Of a DNA stretch of 64,000 bases, positions 1 to 8,656 are shown one piece after another. Each line of letters begins with the position of its first letter. Within the stretch, counting starts at the first letter, position 1. The notes beneath the pieces are model-generated. The model was not told the DNA's origin, searched no databases, and saw nothing but the letters and a program-made list of their open reading frames with translations. The position numbers and the translations under genes were made by a program. The DNA lies in NCBI GenBank assembly GCA_903897005.1, contig CAITZZ010000029.1:574-64573 (forward strand). Direction: 5' to 3'. The DNA comes from an uncultured beta proteobacterium. Its GTDB lineage: Bacteria; Pseudomonadota; Gammaproteobacteria; Burkholderiales; Burkholderiaceae_C.

Positions 1-1221
1 CTTGATGGCCTTGCCAGTGCTGCAAGCAGGACGACGTTCAATAGTGCGTTTTCTGGCCCGGTCCCGTTAAGTCAGGCAATGGCGGATTTGCTGTGCTGTG
101 AGGCGCCCCTGGTGACCGAGACCTTTGTTGTCCAATTGAAACTTGCTGTCTACGGCAGCAATTCAAGAGACTTTGCGAGCAGACCCCTGGGAAGTTTTGC
201 CGATCTGGAACTCCTCAGTAGTGAGCAGATTGATGCCAGTATCGAGTTTGCCCTGGCGCTGCAGGAAGTGTCACGCGGCGTTGAAGATGTGCTGCCGGCG
301 CTTGACGCCCTGGTCAGTAGCATCTCCGGCTGGACTACGGTTCAGCCCTTGCTTAATCCGCTGAAGGTCGAGGTTTTTGTTCAGGCTTTGGTGGCGTGTT
401 TGAAGCAGTTTGTGCCCGACCCGGATGTCCGGGCTGCATTGCTTATCCCCAGCGCAGGTCTGCTTGGTGTCAAACTGCAACAGTTCTATCTTGAAATTTG
501 TGACTGGTTGCGATCGCATGGCGTAGAGCCGTCGTTCTCGGTTGGGACCAGTCTGGGCGGTGAAAATGCCGTGGTCGCGAGAGGACGCAACAGTTCGGTA
601 AGCCGCACCGTCACGACGTTTGACCGGCTGCGAAGGTTGTTATCTGGTGGGGCTCAGAGTGGTATGGCCGGCCACGGGCAGGACTTTTTGCCCACGGTGC
701 CGTTCTCTTATGTGGCGCTGGAAGAGTTGAAGTTGATCAAACCGATGATGCGACGGTTGCGGCAACGTGAAAACCGCTTGGATGAAGTTGCCGTTACCCA
801 CGAAGAACTCGGCGCGCAGATATTGGCAGAACAGGCCAGGCTCAGGCAATTGAGCAGGCAGTTGGGTGAGGAGGTGGTTCGTCTTATGTTGGACATGCTT
901 GCTCAGGACGAGCGACTGCTGCCCAGGGTGCGCGGTCTCGCCGCCGAACTGGAGCCGGTGCTGCTGGCAATAGCCGGCTCGGATCCTCGCTACTTCACTG
1001 ATCATCAACACCCCGCCCGGCAGGTTCTGGACTGGCTTGTTGGTCGGGCTCGGTGCTTCGAGTCGGACGATGACCCAGGGTTGGAGCCGTTCCTGCGATC
1101 CGTCTCAATCGCCATTGATGGCTTGAAAAGTTCAGCCACTGATGCCGCCGGTTTTGCCACGGCGCTGCGCAGACTTCAGGATAGGCTCCAAAGCGTCCCG
1201 CCGGCTTTTGCCGCGTTGTGA
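1..1221 (+). CDS. 3' part of a hypothetical protein, probably DUF1631 family; the 5' end lies outside the window
   Basis: Frame 1 is open from nt 1 to the TGA at 1219-1221 (track ORF 79..1221). The block LLPRVRGLAAELEPVLLAIAGSDPRYFTDHQHPARQVLDWL resembles the HPAR-containing conserved block I associate with DUF1631. The family call is from memory only. Confidence 0.55.
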   Translation, partial: LDGLASAASRTTFNSAFSGPVPLSQAMADLLCCEAPLVTETFVVQLKLAVYGSNSRDFASRPLGSFADLELLSSEQIDASIEFALALQEVSRGVEDVLPALDALVSSISGWTTVQPLLNPLKVEVFVQALVACLKQFVPDPDVRAALLIPSAGLLGVKLQQFYLEICDWLRSHGVEPSFSVGTSLGGENAVVARGRNSSVSRTVTTFDRLRRLLSGGAQSGMAGHGQDFLPTVPFSYVALEELKLIKPMMRRLRQRENRLDEVAVTHEELGAQILAEQARLRQLSRQLGEEVVRLMLDMLAQDERLLPRVRGLAAELEPVLLAIAGSDPRYFTDHQHPARQVLDWLVGRARCFESDDDPGLEPFLRSVSIAIDGLKSSATDAAGFATALRRLQDRLQSVPPAFAAL

Positions 1222-1302
1222 CTTAAACGCGCTGCGGACAAGTTGTGCCGGTCGATGCGTCGATAATGCTGGTTTTACATACCGCGATTCCCCGCAAATT
1301 CA

Positions 1303-2964
1303 ATGGCTCAATACGTATTTTCCATGAATCGCCTCGGCAAGATCATTCCGCCGAAGCGTTTCATTCTCAAAGACATCTCGCTTAGTTTCTTTCCGGGTGC
1401 CAAGATTGGCGTGTTGGGAACCAATGGATCTGGTAAGTCGACACTGCTCAAGATCATGGCAGGTGTTGACAAGGAATTTGAAGGTGAAGCGATTCCGATG
1501 GCCGGTTTGAATATTGGCTATTTGCCTCAGGAACCGCAGTTGGACCCCACGCAGACCGTGCGTGAAAGCGTGGAAGCGGGCATGGGGGACCTGCTGGCAG
1601 CAAAGAACCGTCTGGAAGAGATTTATGCAGCCTATGGTGAGGAAGACGCCGATTTTGATGCCTTGGCCGAAGAACAGGCCAAGATGGAGGCCATCATAGG
1701 CAGTGCCGGAGCCGATTCAGAGCATCAACTCGAAATTGCGGCTGACGCGCTGCGCCTGCCGCCGTGGGATGCCACGATTGGTGTGCTGTCAGGGGGAGAA
1801 AAACGTCGCGTCGCCCTGTGTCGCTTGCTGTTGTCCAAGCCTGATATGCTTTTGCTGGACGAGCCTACCAATCACCTGGACGCTGAATCGGTCGACTGGC
1901 TCGAGCAGTTCTTGCTGCGCTATCCGGGGACGGTGGTGGCGATCACCCACGATCGCTATTTTCTCGACAACGCCGCTGAGTGGATCCTGGAACTCGATCG
2001 TGGCGCTGGAATGCCTTACAAGGGCAATTACAGTGCCTGGCTGGAGCAAAAGCAGGAGCGCCTGACGCAGGAACAAAAGGGCGAAGAGTCACGCGCCAAG
2101 GCGCTCAAGAAGGAACTCGAATGGTCGCGCCAAAACCCGAAGGCGCGACAGGCCAAGAGCAAGGCCCGACTGGCACGGTTTGAGGAACTGTCCGACTTCG
2201 AGTATCAAAAGCGCAATGAGACCAATGAGATCTTCATTCCGGTGGCCGAGCGCCTTGGCAATGAAGTGATCGAGTTCGTCAATGTCAGCAAGTCGTTTGG
2301 GGACAGGTTGCTGATTGACAACCTTAGCTTTAAGGTTCCCGCGGGTGCCATCGTCGGCATCATCGGGCCCAATGGCGCCGGCAAGTCAACCTTGTTCCGG
2401 ATGATTGCTGGTCAGCAAAAGCCTGATAGCGGTGAGGTCAAGGTGGGTTCCACGGTCAAGATGGCGTTTGTCGATCAGAACCGTGACAGTCTTGCCAACG
2501 AAAAGACGGTCTGGGAAGATGTGTCGGATGGACTTGACATTCTCAATGTTGGCAAGTTCCAGATGGCCAGCCGTGCCTATTGCGGTCGCTTCAATTTCAA
2601 CGGTGCGGATCAGCAAAAACGTGTTGGCACCCTTTCAGGCGGCGAGCGCGGCCGGCTGCATCTTGCCAAGACCCTCATCGCAGGAGGCAACGTGCTGATG
2701 CTTGACGAGCCGTCGAACGATCTGGACGTGGAAACCCTGCGCGCCCTGGAAGACGCTTTGCTTGAATTTGCCGGTTCCATCATGGTGATCAGTCATGATC
2801 GCTGGTTCCTTGACCGCATTGCCACCCACATCCTGGCCTGCGAGGGCGACAGTCAATGGACGTTTTTTGACGGCAATTATCAGGAATACGAAGCCGACAA
2901 GAAAAGGCGTCTGGGCGAAGAAGGAGCCAAACCCAAGCGCATGCGGTTCAAGGCGCTGAAGTAG
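1303..2964 (+). CDS. ettA: Energy-dependent translational throttle protein EttA (ABC-F ATPase)
   Basis: 553 aa with two ABC cassettes (GTNGSGKST...LSGGEKRR and GPNGAGKST...LSGGERGR). The N-terminus MAQYVFSMNRLGKIIPPKR is typical of EttA/YjjK. Confidence 0.95.
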   Translation: MAQYVFSMNRLGKIIPPKRFILKDISLSFFPGAKIGVLGTNGSGKSTLLKIMAGVDKEFEGEAIPMAGLNIGYLPQEPQLDPTQTVRESVEAGMGDLLAAKNRLEEIYAAYGEEDADFDALAEEQAKMEAIIGSAGADSEHQLEIAADALRLPPWDATIGVLSGGEKRRVALCRLLLSKPDMLLLDEPTNHLDAESVDWLEQFLLRYPGTVVAITHDRYFLDNAAEWILELDRGAGMPYKGNYSAWLEQKQERLTQEQKGEESRAKALKKELEWSRQNPKARQAKSKARLARFEELSDFEYQKRNETNEIFIPVAERLGNEVIEFVNVSKSFGDRLLIDNLSFKVPAGAIVGIIGPNGAGKSTLFRMIAGQQKPDSGEVKVGSTVKMAFVDQNRDSLANEKTVWEDVSDGLDILNVGKFQMASRAYCGRFNFNGADQQKRVGTLSGGERGRLHLAKTLIAGGNVLMLDEPSNDLDVETLRALEDALLEFAGSIMVISHDRWFLDRIATHILACEGDSQWTFFDGNYQEYEADKKRRLGEEGAKPKRMRFKALK

Positions 2965-3982
2965 ACGTCGGCCGCAGATCTGTTGCTGATGGCCAGTGCA
3001 GACCATCGCAGGTGATGCCGCTCGCCGCCATGACGGCGCGCACAACAGCCATGGCCGTCACTTCAGCGGCCAGAGTACTGAGCAGCATCATGTCGGCTGG
3101 CTTGCCGGCTTTGCCGGTTCCCAGCGCAAACAAAGTATCGCCATCGGAGAGGGTATGGACCGGGTTGATGCTGCGGGCCAGTCCGTCATGCGCCACCAGC
3201 GCCAAACGGTGTGCCTGGGCCTTGGTCAATACCGCATCGGTCGCAATGACGCCAATGGTTGTGTTGGTCCCGGCCATCACCGGCTTGGGTGAGTCGCCAG
3301 CAATGAGGGCAGCGCGGCTATCGACCATAGCGGCGCCGTCAGCGGTTCTGGCGCCGGCCAGCAGCAGTCCGGTGGCAGGGTTGATGATGTCGCCCAAGGC
3401 GTTACAGGCAATGATGGCCCCCACGGTAATACCGTTTACCGTCATTGACGCACTGCCTATACCACCCTTCATGGCGCGTCTCAATCCGAAAATCTTGCCT
3501 ACCAGGGCACCAGCCCCGGCGCCGACATTTCCTTCCAACGGTCGTTGGCGACTGGCTGCAACACAGGCCGCGTAGCCGGCCTGGGCATCCGGTCGGATCC
3601 TGGCGTTGCCGACGGGCAAATCAAACAGAACCGCTGCCGGCACGATCGGTACCAGACCGAACCCCACGGGCAGGCCGATCTGCTGCTCCTCCAGCCACTG
3701 CATGACGCCACTGGCCGCATCCAGCCCCCAGGCACTGCCGCCGGCCAGCACGATGGCATGTACACGGTCTACCAGGTTGGAAGGGTGCAGCAGGTCGGTC
3801 TCCCGCGTGCCCGGCGCTGCGCCACGCACGTCGACGCCGGCCACAGAGCCGTCTGGCGTGATGATCACGGTACAGCCAGTCGGGCGACGTGTGTCGGTGA
3901 AGTGACCGACTGCCAGGCCCGCCACGTCCGTGATCGAGCCTGGCTGACTGTTTGCGGTCCACATGTCGGGCACTTGCGTCAA
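2948..3982 (-). CDS. P1/S58 family peptidase (DmpA / L-aminopeptidase-like)
   Basis: 344 aa. [16 protein letters not shown]...GCTVII and the Gly/Ala-rich core are typical of the DmpA/BapA fold. The start is uncertain: TTG at 3982 overlaps the aapP stop, or ATG at 3964. The 3' end overlaps convergent ettA by 17 nt. Confidence 0.8.
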   Translation of the reverse strand: MTQVPDMWTANSQPGSITDVAGLAVGHFTDTRRPTGCTVIITPDGSVAGVDVRGAAPGTRETDLLHPSNLVDRVHAIVLAGGSAWGLDAASGVMQWLEEQQIGLPVGFGLVPIVPAAVLFDLPVGNARIRPDAQAGYAACVAASRQRPLEGNVGAGAGALVGKIFGLRRAMKGGIGSASMTVNGITVGAIIACNALGDIINPATGLLLAGARTADGAAMVDSRAALIAGDSPKPVMAGTNTTIGVIATDAVLTKAQAHRLALVAHDGLARSINPVHTLSDGDTLFALGTGKAGKPADMMLLSTLAAEVTAMAVVRAVMAASGITCDGLHWPSATDLRPTSTSAP

Positions 3983-4722
3983 TGGCCCAGAATCTTGGAC
4001 AGGAAGTCCTTGCTGCGTTCGTTCTGCGGGTTGTTAAAAAAGTCGTTTGGATTGTTCTGCTCGACGATCTGACCCTGGTCCATAAAGATCACACGGTCGG
4101 CCACAGCCTTGGCAAAACCCATTTCATGAGTAACACAAAGCATGGTGATGCCCTGGCTCGCCATTTCAACCATCACGTCAAGTACTTCCTTGATCATTTC
4201 GGGATCCAGCGCCGAAGTTGGCTCGTCAAACAGCATGATCTTGGGTTTCAGGCAAAGCGCCCGCGCGATGGCGACACGCTGTTGTTGCCCACCGGAGAGT
4301 TGCAGCGGGTACTTTCCAGCCTGCTCCGCAATGCGCACACGTTGTAATTGGATCATCGCCTTTTCCTCGGCGTCCTTTTTCGGCATCTTGCCCACCCACA
4401 TGGGTGACAGGGTCAGGTTCTCAAGAACCGTCAGGTGCGGGAACAGATTGAATTGCTGAAAGACCATGCCGACCTTTTTTCGGATGTCATCAATCACCTT
4501 GACATCGTCGGTCACTTCAGCGCCATCGACAAAGAGGTGGCCCTCCTGGTGTTCTTCAAGTCGGTTGATGCAGCGAATCAGTGTTGATTTGCCGGAACCC
4601 GATGGCCCGCAGATGACGATACGTTCACCCTGCGCCACGCTCAAATCAATATCGCGCAAGACGTGGAAATTGTTGCCGTACCACTTGTTCAGTTTTTCGA
4701 ATTTGATAATGGGTTCTGCCAT
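3979..4722 (-). CDS. aapP: Amino-acid ABC transporter ATP-binding protein (general L-amino acid permease type)
   Basis: 247 aa with Walker [10 protein letters not shown], signature [15 protein letters not shown] and Walker [12 protein letters not shown]. It is the last gene of a J-Q-M-P order operon. Confidence 0.9.
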   Translation of the reverse strand: MAEPIIKFEKLNKWYGNNFHVLRDIDLSVAQGERIVICGPSGSGKSTLIRCINRLEEHQEGHLFVDGAEVTDDVKVIDDIRKKVGMVFQQFNLFPHLTVLENLTLSPMWVGKMPKKDAEEKAMIQLQRVRIAEQAGKYPLQLSGGQQQRVAIARALCLKPKIMLFDEPTSALDPEMIKEVLDVMVEMASQGITMLCVTHEMGFAKAVADRVIFMDQGQIVEQNNPNDFFNNPQNERSKDFLSKILGH

Positions 4723-4776
4723 GATGAACTCTTGAATTAGGTCTCGTTGATTCGGTTCTTTTTGAACAGCGCTGCT

Positions 4777-5877
4777 TCAGCGCTGCGTGCCGCGGTTGAC
4801 CTGCTTCTCGATCCACAGGCTGTAGCGCGACATGGAAAAACAGAAGATGAAATAGATCATCGCGATGAAAAGATAGCCCTCGATCCGGAACGGGCGCCAG
4901 TTGGCATCGGAATTCATGGCCATGCCCATGGCACCCGTCAGTTCGTACAAACTGACAATAGCCACCAGCGATGTGTCCTTGAAAGTCGAAATGAAGTTGT
5001 TCATGATTCCTGGTACCACCATGGCCAGGGCCTGCGGCAGAACAATCTTGCGTTGTGTCTGCCAGTACGACAGACCCAATGTGGCGGCCGCCTCGATCTG
5101 ACCTTTCGGGATCGCCTGCAAGCCGCCGCGGATGACTTCTGCCATGTAGGCTGCAGCAAACAGAGTGATACCCGCCAGCACACGCACCAGTACGTCAATC
5201 GAGAATCCCTGAGGCATCAAGAGGGGAAACATGAAGGAAGCCATGAACAGGACCGAGATCAGCGGTACGCCACGAATGAGTTCGACATAAATGGTGCACA
5301 AACTGCGAATGGCTGGCATGCCGGAACGGCGACCCAAGGCAATAAACAAGGCAAGCGGGAAGGCCATCGTCATGCTCAGGGCCGCCAGCAAGATCGTCAG
5401 TGGCAGGCCGCTCCACAGATCGGTATCTACCTTGGACAAGCCCAATACGCCACCGCGCATCAGCATAAAGTAGAACGACAGGCCAACCACCCATACTGCG
5501 GCCAGCCAGGGCTTCCAGCAGGCACGCATGCAACTGGCAATGATCAGCGCCAGCAAGACCACGGTACAGATCAGTGCCCGCCAGTGCTCTGCAAAGGGAT
5601 AGCGGCCAAAAATGATGAAACGGAATTTTTCGCGAACGACGCCCCAGCAGGCACCACTGGCTTCGTGGCAGACTGTGTAGTCGGCCACCCAGACTGAATC
5701 CACAAGGGCCCATCGAAAGAGAGGTGGCAACAGGGCCAGCAGGACCGCACCGATGGCAAGCGTGCCTAGCCCGGTCTTCCAGTCGTTGAACAGATTGATC
5801 CGGCACCAGGCGATCCATCCCTCGGTCGAGATGGGAGCAGGGCGGGCGCCGACGGATTGAAACGTTTGCACACTCAT
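4777..5877 (-). CDS. aapM: Amino-acid ABC transporter permease
   Basis: 366 aa polytopic membrane protein with a HisM/GlnP-type permease C-terminal half (EAAATLGLSYWQTQRKIVLPQA EAA loop). Confidence 0.9.
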   Translation of the reverse strand: MSVQTFQSVGARPAPISTEGWIAWCRINLFNDWKTGLGTLAIGAVLLALLPPLFRWALVDSVWVADYTVCHEASGACWGVVREKFRFIIFGRYPFAEHWRALICTVVLLALIIASCMRACWKPWLAAVWVVGLSFYFMLMRGGVLGLSKVDTDLWSGLPLTILLAALSMTMAFPLALFIALGRRSGMPAIRSLCTIYVELIRGVPLISVLFMASFMFPLLMPQGFSIDVLVRVLAGITLFAAAYMAEVIRGGLQAIPKGQIEAAATLGLSYWQTQRKIVLPQALAMVVPGIMNNFISTFKDTSLVAIVSLYELTGAMGMAMNSDANWRPFRIEGYLFIAMIYFIFCFSMSRYSLWIEKQVNRGTQR

Positions 5878-5886
5878 GGTCTGTCC

Positions 5887-7065
5887 TTAACGTTCTTTGA
5901 TGGCGGCACGTGCGTTGTACCAGTTCATGAGTAAGGAGGTGAACAGGGAGGTGCTCAGATAGACCAGCATGATGATGGCGATGCACTCTACAGCGCGGCC
6001 CGTCTGGTTGATGGCCGTGTTGGCAATAGAAACCACATCCGGGTAGCCGATAGCCACAGCCAGTGAAGAATTTTTGGTAAGGTTCAAGAACTGATTGGTC
6101 ATCGGAGGAATGATGACGCGCAAGGCCTGTGGCAGCATCACCAGGCGCATCGTCTGGCCACGGGTCAACCCAAGAGCGCTGGCCGCCTCGGCCTGACCTG
6201 CCGCAACCGATTGGATGCCGCTTCGCACGACTTCTGCAACAAAGGCTGCCGTATAGATGGTCAGCCCCAACAGCATCGACAGGAACTCAGGTGTCAGTGA
6301 TCCGCCATGTTCGACCGCAAATTCGCCTTGCATGGGTTTGTCCATTGCGGTCGGTGCGCCACCGAAAAGCCAGCCCATCACGCCGACTGCAAGGACAATC
6401 GCGAGCGGCAACAGGAACATGCTCTGAGGCTGCCCCGTCTGTTCAAATCTGCGTCGCGCAGAGCGGCGGTAGGCCCAGGCGGCGATCAGACCAACCAGCA
6501 TGCCAATGGCAGCCCATACATGACCGTTAGCCCAGACTGGAATCGGAAAATTGAGTCCGCCCTTGCTGAGGAATACCGGTCCCACGATCCACGGCTGGTT
6601 GGCGGCCGGAAGAACTTCGGTAAACATCAGGTACCACATGAGCAGTTGCAGCAGGACCGGAATATTGCGGAAGAATTCGACGTACGCGACGCACAGGCCG
6701 CGGACCAAGGCATTTCGTGAAAAACGTCCGACACCTATCAGCGTCCCCAGGATTGTCGTGAAGACGATGCCAACGACAGCAACTCGTAGCGTGTTGACCA
6801 TGCCGACCAGGTAGGCACGCCAGTAGGGTTCGCCGGAATCAAAGGCGAACAGGCTCTCGCCTATGTCAAAGCCGGCCGAGCCGGTTAAAAAATCAAAACC
6901 ACTCTGAATACCGCGTGCCCGCATATTGGTCGCGGTATTGTTCGCGAGGTACAAGACCATGATGCCAATGACGGCGACTGCGACGATCTGGTAAACCAGG
7001 GCACGAAACGCCTGGCTGCGCCACGACCAGGGCTTTTTTGGCGGTGAGTGAGAAGTCGCGGTCAT
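5887..7065 (-). CDS. aapQ: Amino-acid ABC transporter permease
   Basis: 392 aa membrane protein with EAA loop EAASALGLTRGQTMRLVMLPQA. It sits between the binding-protein gene and the second permease gene. Confidence 0.9.
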   Translation of the reverse strand: MTATSHSPPKKPWSWRSQAFRALVYQIVAVAVIGIMVLYLANNTATNMRARGIQSGFDFLTGSAGFDIGESLFAFDSGEPYWRAYLVGMVNTLRVAVVGIVFTTILGTLIGVGRFSRNALVRGLCVAYVEFFRNIPVLLQLLMWYLMFTEVLPAANQPWIVGPVFLSKGGLNFPIPVWANGHVWAAIGMLVGLIAAWAYRRSARRRFEQTGQPQSMFLLPLAIVLAVGVMGWLFGGAPTAMDKPMQGEFAVEHGGSLTPEFLSMLLGLTIYTAAFVAEVVRSGIQSVAAGQAEAASALGLTRGQTMRLVMLPQALRVIIPPMTNQFLNLTKNSSLAVAIGYPDVVSIANTAINQTGRAVECIAIIMLVYLSTSLFTSLLMNWYNARAAIKER

Positions 7066-7090
7066 GGGGTCTCTTGATTTGAGTTGCGAT

Positions 7091-7181
7091 ACTTTTTAAA
7101 TGGAAAAGGGCAGCGCAAGATGCATCTGCCCTTGAATAGTGAACAGGGTACTGGCCTAGCCTGCACCCTGTTCAGGTGCAG
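7091..7181 (-). terminator. Intercistronic stem-loops between aapJ and aapQ; the second looks like a partial intrinsic terminator or attenuator
   Basis: On the minus strand, CTGCACC-7nt-GGTGCAG (7161-7181) lies directly after the aapJ stop. AAGGGCAG-12nt-CTGCCCTT (7106-7133) follows and is trailed by TTTTCCATTT. An alternative pairing is GAACAGGGT (7141-7149) with ACCCTGTTC (7165-7173). Confidence 0.45.
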
Positions 7182-7182
7182 C

Positions 7183-8217
7183 TTAACGGATCGGCGGAGC
7201 GTACTGGATGCCACCCTTGTTCCACTGGTTGTTCAAGCCACGGGGCAATTGCAGTGCCGACTTGGGGCCGACATTGCGCTCGAAGATTTCGCCGTAGTTG
7301 CCGGTTGCCTTAACCGCACGTGCCATCCATTCCTTGTCCAGACCCAGCAGTTTCCCGGTGTCTTCTGTCGTTCCGAGGATGCGACCTATTACCGGGTCCT
7401 TGCTATTGGCTTTGAGCTCATCGACATTGGCTGCGGTAACGCCGTATTCTTCGGCTTCAAGCAGGCCATAGATTACCCACTTGACAATGGCCGCCCACTC
7501 GTCGTCGCCACGACGCACCAGTGGCCCGAGCGGTTCCTTGGAAATCAATTCCGGCAATATCAGGTGGTCAGCCGGATTTTTGGCCGACTTGTTCCGCACC
7601 GAAGCCAGGCCGGAAGCGTCCGTGGTGTACGCCACACAGCGACCGGAGAAATAGGCACCTTCCACTGCGTCAAGTTTTTCAAAAACAACAGGTTTGACAT
7701 TCAATCCGTTGGCCTTGGAAAAATCGGTCAGGTTCTTCTCGGTCGTTGTGCCGGACTGGACGCAAATGGTTTGGCCCTTGAGCTGTTTGGCATTCTTGAT
7801 CTTGCTCTTGACTGGCACCATGAAGCCCTGGCCGTCATAGTAGGTAACGGCGGTCTGGCTCAACCCGAGCGACGCGTCTCGTGTCAAGGTGAAGGTGGTG
7901 TTGCGCGAGAGAACGTCAATTTCCCCCGACTGCAGTGCGGTAAAGCGGGCCTGGGCAACCAGTGGAACATACTTCACTTTTTCGCTGTCACCCAAAGTGG
8001 CAGCAGCCACCGCGCGGCACACATCAACGTCAATGCCGGCCCATTTTCCACCAGAGTCTGCGGCACTGAAACCAGCCAAGCCAGTATGTACGCCACATAT
8101 CACCTGGCCACGCGCCTTGATTCCATCAAGCGTTTTGCCTGCCTGCGCCGGGGTCGCTACCATGGCACCCATGGCGGCTACGACGGCGACGATGGTCTTA
8201 AGATTGTTCAGATGCAT
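7183..8217 (-). CDS. aapJ: Amino-acid ABC transporter periplasmic substrate-binding protein
   Basis: 344 aa with a signal peptide (MHLNNLKTIVAVVAAMGAMVATPAQA) and a type-3 SBP fold sequence. GGAG lies 8 nt upstream of the ATG. It is the first gene of the operon. Confidence 0.9.
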   Translation of the reverse strand: MHLNNLKTIVAVVAAMGAMVATPAQAGKTLDGIKARGQVICGVHTGLAGFSAADSGGKWAGIDVDVCRAVAAATLGDSEKVKYVPLVAQARFTALQSGEIDVLSRNTTFTLTRDASLGLSQTAVTYYDGQGFMVPVKSKIKNAKQLKGQTICVQSGTTTEKNLTDFSKANGLNVKPVVFEKLDAVEGAYFSGRCVAYTTDASGLASVRNKSAKNPADHLILPELISKEPLGPLVRRGDDEWAAIVKWVIYGLLEAEEYGVTAANVDELKANSKDPVIGRILGTTEDTGKLLGLDKEWMARAVKATGNYGEIFERNVGPKSALQLPRGLNNQWNKGGIQYAPPIR

Positions 8218-8397
8218 TTACGTTACTCCAGATAAAAGTTGAATCAACAAAATTGGCGCGCAAGCACGCGACGAGAGTTATCCCAGACGCCCACTTTAAC
8301 AGCCGCCGTAAGGGGCACGCATCGGGGTTTACTCTTGCAGCAAATGCAAAAACTTCAGCGGTAGGTGCATCCTTGGCGATTATGCAAGGTGAGATCA

Positions 8398-8413
8398 AGC
8401 ACGTATTGTGCCA
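8398..8413 (-). promoter_or_regulatory. Candidate sigma-54 (-24/-12) promoter for the aapJQMP operon
   Basis: The minus strand reads TGGCACAATACGTGCT, that is TGGCAC-N5-GTGC, against the consensus TGGCAC-N5-TTGC. The invariant GG and GC have correct spacing. The site is about 180 nt upstream of the aapJ ATG. Confidence 0.3.
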
Positions 8414-8656
8414 ACAATTGCAAGTGCCTCTGGTTCCCGGGAATGGAGCATCTTGCCAATCGGGCTTCCAGCGCCCCAACTTTGGGCGTCAAGCCCACCT
8501 GTCGTGCGCACCATCGTTGCGGGCCGTGGTGCCGGGGTGCAGTGGGCGGACCAGGCCTGCGGGCAGTTGCGGCAAGGACCTTGTGGTGTCTAAGGTGCAA
8601 GACGGAACACCAACATTTCCTGAAAAATCAAAAATCTATCGTGCATTTGCTCCCTG

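Noticed and set aside
7084-8235. 383-aa ORF on the plus strand covering the whole of aapJ
   Set aside because: This is a mirror-frame ORF opposite a clearly recognisable binding-protein gene. It has R/G/H/C-rich nonsense composition, no SD and no recognisable motif. Such ORFs are expected from stop-codon depletion in GC-rich DNA.
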